Shown here piece after piece: positions 18,142 to 27,877 of a stretch of 64,000 bases of DNA. A program made the position numbers and the translations under genes. The DNA is from a virus, in the IMG/VR virus record IMGVR_UViG_3300021170_000008, positions 32,001 to 96,000 of that record, one strand, 5' to 3'. Position 1 is the first letter of the stretch; the number at the start of each line of letters is the position of its first letter. The notes below the pieces were generated by a model. It saw only the letters and a program-made list of their open reading frames with translations. It did not search any database and was not told the origin of the DNA.

Positions 18142-19767
18142 ATGGCAAAGAACTATCTGGCTGGCGTTTTGAACCCGTTGTCAGTTCCACAGTCCGAGCC
18201 GCTTCCCGGCAAAGAGATGGTCGCCAATAACGCAGGCGGCTACGTGTTCTCTATCTCCACAATGAAGCAGGTAGAGCGCTTCCTGATCTTGGGATCTGAG
18301 GGCGGTTCGTATTACGTCACCGAGCGCAAAATGACGTTAGGCAACGTCAACGCCTTGAAGGCTGCGCTTGCCGCAGATGGACCTGCCGTTGTCCGGCTGA
18401 TCGTCGATATCAGCACTAAGGGACGTGCCCCCAAGAATGACTCCGCGCTGTTTGCTCTGGCATTGGCTGCGAGCCCGAAGTTTGCCGACGCTCGCACCAA
18501 CTCAATGGCGCTTGCCGCTCTGCCGCAGGTTGCACGTACTGGCACGCACTTGTTCCAGTTCGTAAACTTCGTCGAAGGCAACAAGCTCCGTGGTTGGGGC
18601 CGTGGTCTGCGTGCGGCTGTGGCTGACTGGTACCTGTCGAAGACGCCGGACAAGTTGGCGTATCAGGCTGTGAAGTACCAGAACCGCGAGCAGTGGTCGC
18701 ACCGCGATCTGCTTCGGCTGGTCCACGCGAATAATCCGGCGCTCCAGAATGTTTTCCACTGGATCGTGAAGGGTGAGATCGAAGGTCCGGTACCGGCGTT
18801 TATTGAGGCATTCGAAAAGGCCAAGGTCTCAACTGATCCGAAAGAGATCATCAGCCTGATCGAGAGCGCCAACCTGACTCGGGAAATGATCCCGACGCAA
18901 TTCCTGAACGATGTCGCTGTTTGGGACGCATTACTCCAGAAGATGCCGCTGACGGCTATGGTCCGTAACCTGGGTAAGATGACGCAGGTCGGTTTGATCA
19001 AGCCGTTGTCGGACGCATCTGCGCTTGTTAGCGGACGGCTCCGGAACCAGGAATGGCTGAACCGGGCGCGGGTCCACCCGATTGCTCTGCTGATGGCGGC
19101 TTCGACGTACGAGTCTGGCCGTGGTCTGCGTGGCAGTTTGACTTGGGAGGCCGTGAAGCCGGTTGTCGATGCGCTGGATGAAGCCTTCTATCTGGCCTTT
19201 GATAACATCGTTCCAACTGGCAAGCGGTTCTACCTTGGAATCGATGTCAGCGGATCGATGGGCATGGGAAGAGTGGCCGGTACGGCGCTTACCCCACGCG
19301 CAGGCGCGGCAGCGATGGCAATGGTGACGGCTCGCCGAGAGTCCAACTATTACATGGCAGGGTTCCAGGACAAGATGGTCCCGCTCGATATCGGGGCTCG
19401 TGACCGTCTGCCGGATGTTATCCGCAAGACCGATAATCTGCCGTTTGGAGCCACGGATTGCGCTCAGCCGATGATCGATGCGTTGAAGAAGAAGCTCGAA
19501 GCCGATGTCTTCATCGTGTACACCGACAACGAGACCTGGGCCGGTCCAAAGCACCCGACAGCAGCACTTCAGGAGTACCGGGAGAAGATGGGGATCAATT
19601 CGAAGTTGATCGTCTGTGGTTTGACGGCTACCGGCTTCTCTATCGCAGATCCGTCTGATCCTGGGATGCTTGATGTGGTTGGATTCGATACTTCTGTTCC
19701 TCAGGTAATCTCGTCGTTTGTCGGTGGAGGCGAGATGCCGGAGGAACAGGAAGTCGAAGCAGAGTAA
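18142..19767 (+). CDS. rsr: Ro60/TROVE domain RNA-binding protein
   Basis: NNAGGY, RFLILGSEGGSYY, KYQNR..WSHRDLLR, vWA MIDAS DVSGS, YTDNETW; start re-called to ATG 18142 after AGGAG. Confidence 0.95.
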   Translation: MAKNYLAGVLNPLSVPQSEPLPGKEMVANNAGGYVFSISTMKQVERFLILGSEGGSYYVTERKMTLGNVNALKAALAADGPAVVRLIVDISTKGRAPKNDSALFALALAASPKFADARTNSMALAALPQVARTGTHLFQFVNFVEGNKLRGWGRGLRAAVADWYLSKTPDKLAYQAVKYQNREQWSHRDLLRLVHANNPALQNVFHWIVKGEIEGPVPAFIEAFEKAKVSTDPKEIISLIESANLTREMIPTQFLNDVAVWDALLQKMPLTAMVRNLGKMTQVGLIKPLSDASALVSGRLRNQEWLNRARVHPIALLMAASTYESGRGLRGSLTWEAVKPVVDALDEAFYLAFDNIVPTGKRFYLGIDVSGSMGMGRVAGTALTPRAGAAAMAMVTARRESNYYMAGFQDKMVPLDIGARDRLPDVIRKTDNLPFGATDCAQPMIDALKKKLEADVFIVYTDNETWAGPKHPTAALQEYREKMGINSKLIVCGLTATGFSIADPSDPGMLDVVGFDTSVPQVISSFVGGGEMPEEQEVEAE

Positions 19768-19771
19768 TTCA

Positions 19772-19840
19772 AATCGGCGAGCCGATAGGGGATCGTTACC
19801 TATTGCAAAAAAGCGGTCCTCGGCAACTTGTTCGCCGGTT
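19772..19840 (+). ncRNA. Y RNA-like 3 (minimal)
   Basis: AATCGGCGAGC/GTTCGCCGGTT stem; GGGGATCGTT/AGCGGTCCTC inner stem; GTTACCT; A-rich loop. Confidence 0.7.
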
Positions 19841-19846
19841 AATTTT

Positions 19847-19990
19847 TCTACGAGCCGGAGTGGATTCGTTATCTTACTCCAAGCCGAAAGGCAAACAATC
19901 GCTGTCGTTAAACAGCCATGCCGGGTAACTCTGGTATGCTTCACGTCAGAAATGATGTGTTGAAATGGATTCACGACACTTGTTCGTAGA
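19847..19990 (+). ncRNA. Y RNA-like 4 (multi-hairpin payload)
   Basis: TCTACGAGC/GTTCGTAGA stem; GTGGATTCGTT/AATGGATTCAC inner stem; four internal hairpins. Confidence 0.7.
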
Positions 19991-19998
19991 GTAATCTG

Positions 19999-20068
19999 GC
20001 TTCGGGCCGAAGTGGGATGGTTATCTTTCTGAAAAAAAATATGCCATCCCGCACATACTTGTCCGAGC
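19999..20068 (+). ncRNA. Y RNA-like 5 (minimal)
   Basis: TCGGGC/GTCCGA stem; GTGGGATGGT/GCCATCCCGC inner stem; GTTATCT; A8 loop. Confidence 0.7.
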
Positions 20069-20093
20069 AAATCACTCCTGCTTCAGTTTCCGC

Positions 20094-20123
20094 TTGACAA
20101 TAAGTATCCATCAATGCTAAACT
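20094..20123 (+). promoter_or_regulatory. sigma70-type promoter
   Basis: TTGACA-18-(TGn)TAAACT. Confidence 0.6.
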
Positions 20124-20170
20124 TGAAGCTGTCCACAATTTCCAAGATAGAAGGTTGGTACCTATACCAC

Positions 20171-21703
20171 ATGGCAATAACCAGAAAAACGAAAGAGACG
20201 CTCGTGGACGATCTCGGCCAAGACTTTGAACTCCAGTTCAAGGAAGTGGGCCTGGACCGTCACGCGAAAGGAAAGATCGCCCTGCCAGAGAATATGACTC
20301 TGTCGGAGGGGATTTACTGGCTCAAACAGAAGCAGGCAGACGAAGAAACCATGGTCGTCGTCAACGAAAAAATTGACGGCTATCCGGTCGATGTCGCCTA
20401 TTGCCTTCAGTTGGCCGTCCAGGATATGTTCGGCTTCCGGGAACTGAAGACCATCCCGCCGGAGCACTTCTTCGACAAAGAGAAGCCGCCGACATTCATG
20501 ACCGTCCCGACCGACCACAAAGGCGGAACGGTTGAAGTATTCCTGGGTAGGTTCTCGGTGCCGGGCGCAGATGGATATCTTCAGACTGGCCGCATTAACA
20601 ACGACGCTCTGATCATCCAAGGAAAGCTACGTCAGAAGAACATCCCGATCCTCCGGGCGCTGATCGCCAAGACCAAGGAAACGCTGGCCAAGCAATCGCT
20701 CTACAAGGGCAAGTCGTTCCGCGTGAAGTTCAATGAAACGCTGGACGGCAAAATTATCGACAATCCGGAATTCATCGACGTAAGCAAGGCACCAGCCCGG
20801 CTGACGTTGAATGCCGAGACGGCGGAACTGGTCCGGGCGGCTCTGTGGACCCCGATTGAGCGCAGCAAGCAAACCAAGCATTTTGGGATGCCGCTCAAGC
20901 GTGGTGTTCTACTTTACGGCCACTACGGCACCGGCAAATCCCTGACGGCGCATGAGACGGCTCATCTGTGCTCGCAGCACGGCTGGACGTTCATCTATGT
21001 TAAGGATGTCACCGACCTGCGCGAGATGTATTCGTTCGCGGCGCGGTATTCGCCTGCGGTGCTCTTCGCTGAAGACATCGATCTGGTGATCAAGCATGAA
21101 GGCGACGACGGATCTGACTCCGTTAATGAACTGAACAACGTGCTCGACGGCGTGGACAGCAAAGACAAAGACATCATTGTGGTCTTGACCACAAATCATG
21201 TGGAAAAGATCCCGGTGTCTCTGCTCCGTCCTGGCCGGTTCGACGCCATCGTCGAGTACTTCCCGCCTGACCGGGCGACGGCTGCGGCGTTGGTTGAGCA
21301 GTACGCAGGCGATGAAATCGACCGGGACGACTGGGATTGCGAAGAAGTCGGAAATGTCCTGGCCGGTAACATCCCGGCGACGATCCATGAAGTCGTCAAG
21401 CGAGCCAAGCTGTTTTCGATTGGCCGCTACCCGGCAGACTACCGGGGCAAGCTCCTGCTATCGACATCGGACATCATCAATTCGATGAAGAGTATGAGCA
21501 AGCACCTGGATCTTCTGAACACGAAGCCGTCCGAGAACCCGTCGTTCACCGAAGTCCTGGGTGGAGCAGTCGGCGAGAGTATCGCAAAGAATCTCGCCGT
21601 AGCTCTAGACGTTACAAAGCGTGGCGATAACTGGGGTGAAAAGCGCTCCAAAATAGCGGAGGAACGTATCCTGGCTCCGCTCGAAAACGGCAGCAGCAAG
21701 TAG
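20171..21703 (+). CDS. AAA+ ATPase
   Basis: KRGVLLYGHYGTGKS Walker A, FAEDID Walker B, LTTN, LLRPGRFD. Confidence 0.9.
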   Translation: MAITRKTKETLVDDLGQDFELQFKEVGLDRHAKGKIALPENMTLSEGIYWLKQKQADEETMVVVNEKIDGYPVDVAYCLQLAVQDMFGFRELKTIPPEHFFDKEKPPTFMTVPTDHKGGTVEVFLGRFSVPGADGYLQTGRINNDALIIQGKLRQKNIPILRALIAKTKETLAKQSLYKGKSFRVKFNETLDGKIIDNPEFIDVSKAPARLTLNAETAELVRAALWTPIERSKQTKHFGMPLKRGVLLYGHYGTGKSLTAHETAHLCSQHGWTFIYVKDVTDLREMYSFAARYSPAVLFAEDIDLVIKHEGDDGSDSVNELNNVLDGVDSKDKDIIVVLTTNHVEKIPVSLLRPGRFDAIVEYFPPDRATAAALVEQYAGDEIDRDDWDCEEVGNVLAGNIPATIHEVVKRAKLFSIGRYPADYRGKLLLSTSDIINSMKSMSKHLDLLNTKPSENPSFTEVLGGAVGESIAKNLAVALDVTKRGDNWGEKRSKIAEERILAPLENGSSK

Positions 21704-21728
21704 GGTAGTTTCTCCTAGTGGCCGCAGG

Positions 21729-21926
21729 TTAGCTTCGTGCTGACTTGCGGCCTTTTTTCTTTTTACCGGCCTGTCTCTTCAAGACTCCGGATGCCATAGC
21801 AATAGCTCGGCCTTCTGAATAACCACGGTCAAGAGCGCTATTGGCTATGTGCGACCATTGGCGCTGCCTGCGTCCAGAAGTAGCTTTCTTGGTGTGTTTA
21901 CGCGCACTGCTCTTTGTCCACGGCAT
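21729..21926 (-). CDS. small basic virion-region protein
   Basis: MPWT..ARKHTKKA...RQW...ANS; KKGRK tail. Confidence 0.6.
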   Translation of the reverse strand: MPWTKSSARKHTKKATSGRRQRQWSHIANSALDRGYSEGRAIAMASGVLKRQAGKKKKGRKSARS

Positions 21927-21927
21927 A

Positions 21928-23433
21928 TTATTTTGGCGGAGTACCGGTCCATCCCAAGCCCTTCAGAAATGCATTGAGTGTTTCGTCCGAGGGCGGGGTC
22001 TTGAGCCCAAGTTCACCTTTCCAGTTCTTCCTATCTGCCCACCAGGACCTGGGCTTAGCAGCTAGTTTCGCTGCGTCTGGCCTTGCGAGAAGTTTGTTGA
22101 CAACCGCTTCACGTCCTGCCGTTACGCGAGCTAGAACCTCATCTTCGTATTGCTTCGGCGGAAGATCTTTATATGTTTTACCTGGCTTTTCGGTCGGCGC
22201 TGCGGTAGTTTCCGCTGCTTCGGATTCTTCTGCTCCGCCCGGCGGAGTGCCGGTTGAACGAGTTTTGACTCTGGAACTTGGCGGAGTAAATTGCTCTCCA
22301 GGATTAGTCCCGGATGAACGCTGTCCGGATGGCTTACCACGTACAAGTTTGTAATCAGCTTTTTCTACTTTCGGTTCCTCTATAGGCTTAGGGCCTTTTG
22401 GCTTAACGGTAGATGGACTGTAGTCTTCTTTGCCTGGGGTGAATTTATACGCGCTCTCTTTCCCGCGCACCGGAGTGTGCTCCGGCGGAGCCTCAGGTGT
22501 TACTTTTACTTTTGCGCGTGGGTACGATGGACCGCTGGGCGGCTCTGCCCCACCAGGAGTATACTTTCGGGCTTGCTTGGCGACTCCGCCTTTGTTGGCT
22601 TCCCAGGCTTCTATCGATGTCGCGGCAGCAGTTGGTGGCGGAGGGGTTGGCGTAGGGCTATACGCTTCCCTAGCTCCCTTAAAGGCCCCCCGTATGGCCG
22701 GTACAGCGGCACCACCAATACCGCCCTTAACTGCCCCACCTACTCCACCCACTTCCCAGCCAGCGGCACCGCCGGTAAGTCCACCAGCTACCCAGGCCGG
22801 AGCCTTTACGTTCTTGCCTGTTATCTTAACCGGAATCTCAACAGGAGCCGTAGCGCCTTCCCTGGCTCCCTTAGCCGCGCCAGCAGCAACATCCCCTAAC
22901 GGGAAATCCTTGACGGCCTTCGCGCCACGCGCTACCGTGCGAGCCGCCCCAGGTAGCTTCCATGGTATCTCAAACGATGCCCGTAAACCGGCGGCATGAC
23001 CGATAGCTTCGGCATACTTGCCTTGCTGAATCTCGCGAAGGATCTGCTCCCCGGCTGGCCCTAATAGCGGTACAGCGCCCGTCAGCGAAGTTGCGGCCTC
23101 CTTGTAGTCCTTAGCCTTAAGCGCCTTCTCGGTGCGATCCAGCGCGTCCACGGTAGCGTGAAATGAATTTGTAGCTGTCGTGGGGAGATGTATAAGTGCG
23201 TTGAACGCAGCGACCGGATTCAAATTTTCCGCTGCCGCGCCAAGTCCGCGCTTGGCTTGATCCGCCATTACGGAAGCTGTACCAGAAACAGACCATGGCT
23301 GATCGCCAAGCGGTGGCTCTTTCTTTTCCGGAGTCGCATTTTGTCGCTTCTCCATGAAGGCATCAGGGTCGAACGCAGCCTGCTGCCTGCCAGCCATGAA
23401 GCTGTCGGGATCAAATTGAGCGGCCTGAGGCAC
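21928..23433 (-). CDS. putative internal virion (ejection) protein
   Basis: FDPDxFM repeats; Ala/Gly/Pro-rich; end of structural module. Confidence 0.55.
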   Translation of the reverse strand: MPQAAQFDPDSFMAGRQQAAFDPDAFMEKRQNATPEKKEPPLGDQPWSVSGTASVMADQAKRGLGAAAENLNPVAAFNALIHLPTTATNSFHATVDALDRTEKALKAKDYKEAATSLTGAVPLLGPAGEQILREIQQGKYAEAIGHAAGLRASFEIPWKLPGAARTVARGAKAVKDFPLGDVAAGAAKGAREGATAPVEIPVKITGKNVKAPAWVAGGLTGGAAGWEVGGVGGAVKGGIGGAAVPAIRGAFKGAREAYSPTPTPPPPTAAATSIEAWEANKGGVAKQARKYTPGGAEPPSGPSYPRAKVKVTPEAPPEHTPVRGKESAYKFTPGKEDYSPSTVKPKGPKPIEEPKVEKADYKLVRGKPSGQRSSGTNPGEQFTPPSSRVKTRSTGTPPGGAEESEAAETTAAPTEKPGKTYKDLPPKQYEDEVLARVTAGREAVVNKLLARPDAAKLAAKPRSWWADRKNWKGELGLKTPPSDETLNAFLKGLGWTGTPPK

Positions 23434-25958
23434 TATTTCTTCTCCCAGCCTTTAGCTTTAAACGCAGCCTCAGCGTCCTTGGCACTTAAACCAGGGTGAT
23501 CTTTTACCGCTGCGTCCACGTCTGCCTGAGTATAGATTTTAGGTTTTGGCGGAGGTGGCGTCTGACCGGCTGAGGCTCTGCCGAGGGCGCTATCTTTAAC
23601 TTCGCCTTTCAGTTTATCAAGGCTATCCTTCATCCCAGCTTGTTCTAGCACGGCCTGAGTTTTGATCTGATTAACCAAGCCAACAACTTCGCCCAACGTA
23701 GCGTTCGGATCGACAATCTTGTCTACATTCTCCGCAGTACTTACAGGAAGTTGGGCTCTAGACAGACCACCGCCTGACGTAACAGTCGCGTACTGGCGCT
23801 GGAAGTCATTTAGTGCAACTAAGTATTGACGAATATCTGGATCTCCGACAGCTTCCAGCTTTATACCTCTCCATTTTTGGTTGAGCCAAGGCGACCCAGA
23901 CTGCGGAATCTTTTTTGCGAGATCCAAAATGTTCGGAGAAAAACGATCCATAATACTATTAAGTCTTTGGAGAGCCCCATAGCGTTCAACGGTGTCGCTA
24001 AGTGCCTTGATCTTATCTTTGTCAACAGCGGCAGCCGCCTGAAATTCAGACGGACTAAGGCCGGTGCGTCGAGCAAGTGCATCCTGTCCGGCTAATTTTC
24101 TGACGTTGGCCTTACCGCTTACCTTGGTTGTCCCCATCAGATCGCCAAGATAGATATCGATGTTCTTGTTTTCTTCTGCCGTCTGGGCGATTTGCTGTGG
24201 CGTTATAGCCGTAGCACCTACTGGCTTAGCGGCAGGCCTTGGCGCAGCCCCAGGTGGAGTCGCCGTCGTCGGCTTAGTGGTTGTGGGCGCTGGGGCCTGC
24301 CCACCAGGAGGTGCAGCTTGCGCGATAGGCTTGGCTACTGCTGGCGGAGTAGACGGTACCGGTGGCGTTGCTGCTGGCTTGCCGACCTGTCCCTTGAACG
24401 GGTCACCCGCGCCGACGCCAGTCAGCATCGCATCGATAGCTTCTTCTTGCTGTGTGCGACCAAGACGAATGCCTAGCGCCTTATATGTCTTTTTACCGGC
24501 GTCTTCCATCGCTTCGGCATTGGTCATCCCGAGCCCTCTTGCGGCACGGTAGAATTCACCGAACGTGCCGTAGGACTTAGATCGGATATCGGCGGTGATC
24601 TCTCCGGCAGTTTCAGTCCGGATCACATTTTCAACCGGTTTCCCGGTAGCAACAGACCTTGGTGGCTCATCCGGGTTTTGCGGGTCTACCCATACTTCAA
24701 CCGGATCGTCACTACCTTCCACAATGGCCCACGAAGTCTTGAGGTTATGCGGCTTAGTCGCAGCCTTGGCGTCTATTGGATAGAGCTTATCGTCCTTTCC
24801 TTGAACGTAATTACCGGTCTTTTTAACTGGCCCACCGAAGGCAGTCTTAGCGTTCGGATTACCCTCTAAGATATCCGCTCCGGGAATTCCCTTAATGTCT
24901 TCGGCTAGGGACTTATTAGCACGCACCTTGTCATTTTCGGCGATCCTATTAACGATCATCTTCGCGGTTGGATTGTTCGGATCTAATGTCAGCACCCGGT
25001 TGAGCCGCTTCATGAACTCCGGATCTTTCATTACATCCTGGGAGCCAGCCTGCGCTGGTGGGACTTGTGGCTGCTGTTGTGCCCCCGGAGGCGGAGCCGT
25101 CTGCGCTTGCTGTTGCGGTGCCGGTTGCTGACGCATAGCGGTCGGCATTTGCTGCTGAGCGCCAGTAGTAGCTACCGTCTGCGGAGGCTGGGCTTGCTGC
25201 GGCGCTGCCGCCTGGGGTGCCGGTTGCCCGCCCGGCGGTGGAGGGGTCTGTTGCGCTTGTTGCTGTTGCGCCCCAGACCCGTACGGAAGGATGTTCGGCT
25301 TCTGTTGCTGTGGCTGCGCTGGCTGCTGTGCCGGTGCTGATTGTTGTGGCTGTTGACCGCTCTGCGGCTGTCCGTAGTTCTGGCTGTAGTACTGTGTTAG
25401 ATCGTTAGCGGCTTTCTCTGCCGCCTGCGGTGCGGTCTGAGCCTTGTCCATGTCGGACCATATACCGCTGAGCGTCTTGTGGATTTGCTCTGGACCAAAC
25501 TCGAATTTATTTGGCGGAGGCCCAACCATTCCATCAAATACATTCTTCAGGGCCTTCAGCGCCGGATTTTCTTTGTCTTTTGACTTGTGCACCTCTTGGT
25601 ATACATCTGCCCAACGTAGCGCATCTAACTTGCCATATAGCTTCTGCTTGGTTACGGCATTCGGGTCATCTGAAGCATCCGGTAGGTTTGATTTTTCTAC
25701 CCTACCCCTAGCGTCGTCGATATCTTGCTTTAGCTGATTGCGCTGTTGTTCTTGTTTGTCGAAGGCCATCTTACGGCCACGACTAAACCCTTCAAGGAAC
25801 TTGTCGGCGATCATCGCCGAACCTTCGAGTGCTCCGCCGCCACCAGATACGGTTTGCGGTGCGGTTGACTGGTATTGCTGTGGCTGCAAAGATTCCGAGA
25901 ATGGAAATGCTGAAATACTATAGGGATTGTTGACTTGCCCTTGTTTTTCGTCTGCCAT
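23433..25958 (-). CDS. putative internal virion (ejection) protein, Q/P-rich
   Basis: Low-complexity helical protein; start re-called to MADEKQ. Confidence 0.55.
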   Translation of the reverse strand: MADEKQGQVNNPYSISAFPFSESLQPQQYQSTAPQTVSGGGGALEGSAMIADKFLEGFSRGRKMAFDKQEQQRNQLKQDIDDARGRVEKSNLPDASDDPNAVTKQKLYGKLDALRWADVYQEVHKSKDKENPALKALKNVFDGMVGPPPNKFEFGPEQIHKTLSGIWSDMDKAQTAPQAAEKAANDLTQYYSQNYGQPQSGQQPQQSAPAQQPAQPQQQKPNILPYGSGAQQQQAQQTPPPPGGQPAPQAAAPQQAQPPQTVATTGAQQQMPTAMRQQPAPQQQAQTAPPPGAQQQPQVPPAQAGSQDVMKDPEFMKRLNRVLTLDPNNPTAKMIVNRIAENDKVRANKSLAEDIKGIPGADILEGNPNAKTAFGGPVKKTGNYVQGKDDKLYPIDAKAATKPHNLKTSWAIVEGSDDPVEVWVDPQNPDEPPRSVATGKPVENVIRTETAGEITADIRSKSYGTFGEFYRAARGLGMTNAEAMEDAGKKTYKALGIRLGRTQQEEAIDAMLTGVGAGDPFKGQVGKPAATPPVPSTPPAVAKPIAQAAPPGGQAPAPTTTKPTTATPPGAAPRPAAKPVGATAITPQQIAQTAEENKNIDIYLGDLMGTTKVSGKANVRKLAGQDALARRTGLSPSEFQAAAAVDKDKIKALSDTVERYGALQRLNSIMDRFSPNILDLAKKIPQSGSPWLNQKWRGIKLEAVGDPDIRQYLVALNDFQRQYATVTSGGGLSRAQLPVSTAENVDKIVDPNATLGEVVGLVNQIKTQAVLEQAGMKDSLDKLKGEVKDSALGRASAGQTPPPPKPKIYTQADVDAAVKDHPGLSAKDAEAAFKAKGWEKK

Positions 25959-25959
25959 G

Positions 25960-26562
25960 TTAGAGCGTTCCGAATGCCCCGCCACCGGCGGCTGTGCCTG
26001 CTGCGCCCGCTAAACTTCCGAGGAACGACATAGTACTTGCCTTCCGTTGATTCTGCGCCGTCATGATATTCTGCAAAGCTCCCTGGCCTTGCTGAAATCC
26101 AGTTAACGCCTGACCCGTCCCAGTGAAGCCAGCGCCTTCCTGCTGGAGCCCGAGAGTAGCCTGACCTGCGGCAAGCTGGCCTAAATTCTGAAGCGCCCCA
26201 GTGTATGCCTGATTCATAGCTCCGGCGCTCGACTGGCTCTGCTGGATCTGGGCCTGCGCAAGAGCCACATCGCGCCCGGCTCCGGCTGGCACGGTATTGT
26301 AGATATTGTCTTCGGCCTGCTTTGCGCCTTGTGAAATTTGCCCGAGTAACGGAGCCGCAGCCGAGATGCGGTTAGCCTGACTCCCGGAGGCGATACCGGT
26401 ATAAAAATCTACCAGAGGCTGCTGGAGCGTGTTGCTTCGCTGGATCTCCTGCTGTCCCTGCTGGAGAAACTGCTGCCCCAGAGCGTTTTGCTGTTGTCCA
26501 AGGGCTACCTGCTGTTGTTCAAGCGCCTGCGACTGTTTTTCCGTACTCGAAGATCCGCCCAT
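25960..26562 (-). CDS. DNA transfer/pilot (P22 gp7-like) protein
   Basis: MGGSS start, Q/A/G-rich, hydrophobic glycine-zipper C-terminus. Confidence 0.6.
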   Translation of the reverse strand: MGGSSSTEKQSQALEQQQVALGQQQNALGQQFLQQGQQEIQRSNTLQQPLVDFYTGIASGSQANRISAAAPLLGQISQGAKQAEDNIYNTVPAGAGRDVALAQAQIQQSQSSAGAMNQAYTGALQNLGQLAAGQATLGLQQEGAGFTGTGQALTGFQQGQGALQNIMTAQNQRKASTMSFLGSLAGAAGTAAGGGAFGTL

Positions 26563-26612
26563 GAATACCTCACGGCCCGTATGTTATTGAGCCGTCGGTA
26601 TAATTATCGGAT

Positions 26613-27221
26613 CTAAGGCTTTAGATGCCGCTCCCGAACTTCCTGCCAATGCTTGCGTGTAACTCCGCTAATATAGGCCGCACATGTCGGATAGTTGCCG
26701 TCTCCGTCAGGGTAGCAGGTATAACCGTCAAGTGGACCGTAAACCTGCCATCCTAAAGCCTTTACGAAACGTAATGCGGCGCGGTTTTTTTCTGGGGTAC
26801 ACCCGCAAAGCATCTCAAGCCCGGTAACTTTATCAAATATCCATTCCGTACATAGTGCTGCTGCTATCAGCGTCTGCCTGGGCGGGGTGTGTCTAAAGTA
26901 TCCGTGGCCTACTTCCATCTTCTTCCCGCCGGATTTTCCGACCGGGACCAAATTATTCATCCATGAAAACCCGATGTGCTCAGCCTTGTCGATGCCGTTA
27001 GCAACCGAGAAGCAGGCTAAGATGGCTGTCATTTTCGTACAGAATTCGTTCAAGATCCAAGCTAGGGTGGGCTCTGGGCCTTCGTGGAATATAAGCGGCA
27101 AGGTTTTCTCGTCCTGGAATCGAAGGAACCCGTTGATCAATAATTTTTCAACGGGATACGGAGCTACAAGTATTTGTCCGTACTGGTATATCCCACTATC
27201 TTCCTTCTTCAACTCAGGCAT
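26613..27221 (-). CDS. GNAT-like protein preceding ejection genes
   Basis: TPEKNRAALRFVKALGW motif; podoviral synteny. Confidence 0.6.
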   Translation of the reverse strand: MPELKKEDSGIYQYGQILVAPYPVEKLLINGFLRFQDEKTLPLIFHEGPEPTLAWILNEFCTKMTAILACFSVANGIDKAEHIGFSWMNNLVPVGKSGGKKMEVGHGYFRHTPPRQTLIAAALCTEWIFDKVTGLEMLCGCTPEKNRAALRFVKALGWQVYGPLDGYTCYPDGDGNYPTCAAYISGVTRKHWQEVRERHLKP

Positions 27222-27245
27222 GTAGGATCGTAGCACGGTTTACGC

Positions 27246-27274
27246 TTGACAACAAGTATTTGGCGTGCTAGGGT
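27246..27274 (+). promoter_or_regulatory. sigma70-type promoter of a moron
   Basis: TTGACA-17-(TGn)TAGGGT. Confidence 0.55.
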
Positions 27275-27373
27275 TAGGTTCAGGCGGCAGACCAATCGCG
27301 TACGACAAAGGGGAGGTTTTCCTCCGATTGCTTCCCTCCCGCGCTGCCGCCTTAAGTTTCCTGGGGAGTAAAA

Positions 27374-27877
27374 ATGAACATTGAGTTGATGAACCGCGTC
27401 CGCGCCAAGGTGTTAGCCGAGCCAAACCGGGTGAACATGGAAAGATGGCAGCGGACGAAAAAGATACTCGGAATCTTCAAATGCGGAACGGTTTGCTGCA
27501 TAGCTGGTCACGCTATTGAATCCGAAGGGGACTGTATTCCATATCACCTGGGGCAACATGGGGTAGTCGAAACTGGAGCCGCACTGCTTCAGATCCCACT
27601 GGATGAGGCTTACCTGCTATTCTTTTTCCATAATGGGCAGGCGATGAAATTACCAGTATTTACTGGAGCTATAGACCCATATGTGGATCTGCGTATGCGC
27701 CTCGCCATTCGTCGTCCAGGCACCCCGCAGTATGCCGCCGTAGTAGCCGAAGCTATCGACCGGTGCATCGCACGGAACCACAAACCTGATCCGCAGCCGG
27801 AACCAGAGCCAGAGCCAGAGCCGATTGTCGTCGAGACAGACGAAGTTCGCGCTCACGCCTTAGGGGTGCGGCTGTAA
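27374..27877 (+). CDS. hypothetical protein (CGTxCCxAGH type), moron
   Basis: SD GGGGAG; opposite strand within structural module. Confidence 0.65.
   Translation: MNIELMNRVRAKVLAEPNRVNMERWQRTKKILGIFKCGTVCCIAGHAIESEGDCIPYHLGQHGVVETGAALLQIPLDEAYLLFFFHNGQAMKLPVFTGAIDPYVDLRMRLAIRRPGTPQYAAVVAEAIDRCIARNHKPDPQPEPEPEPEPIVVETDEVRAHALGVRL

Noticed and set aside
17743-20068. CRISPR array, given repeats and a Cas4-like gene at 69-638
   Set aside because: The motifs are short paired stems with variable spacing, not identical direct repeats; no cas operon is present.
18931-20070. 379-aa antisense ORF
   Set aside because: Shadow of the Ro60 gene and Y RNAs; no recognisable motifs.
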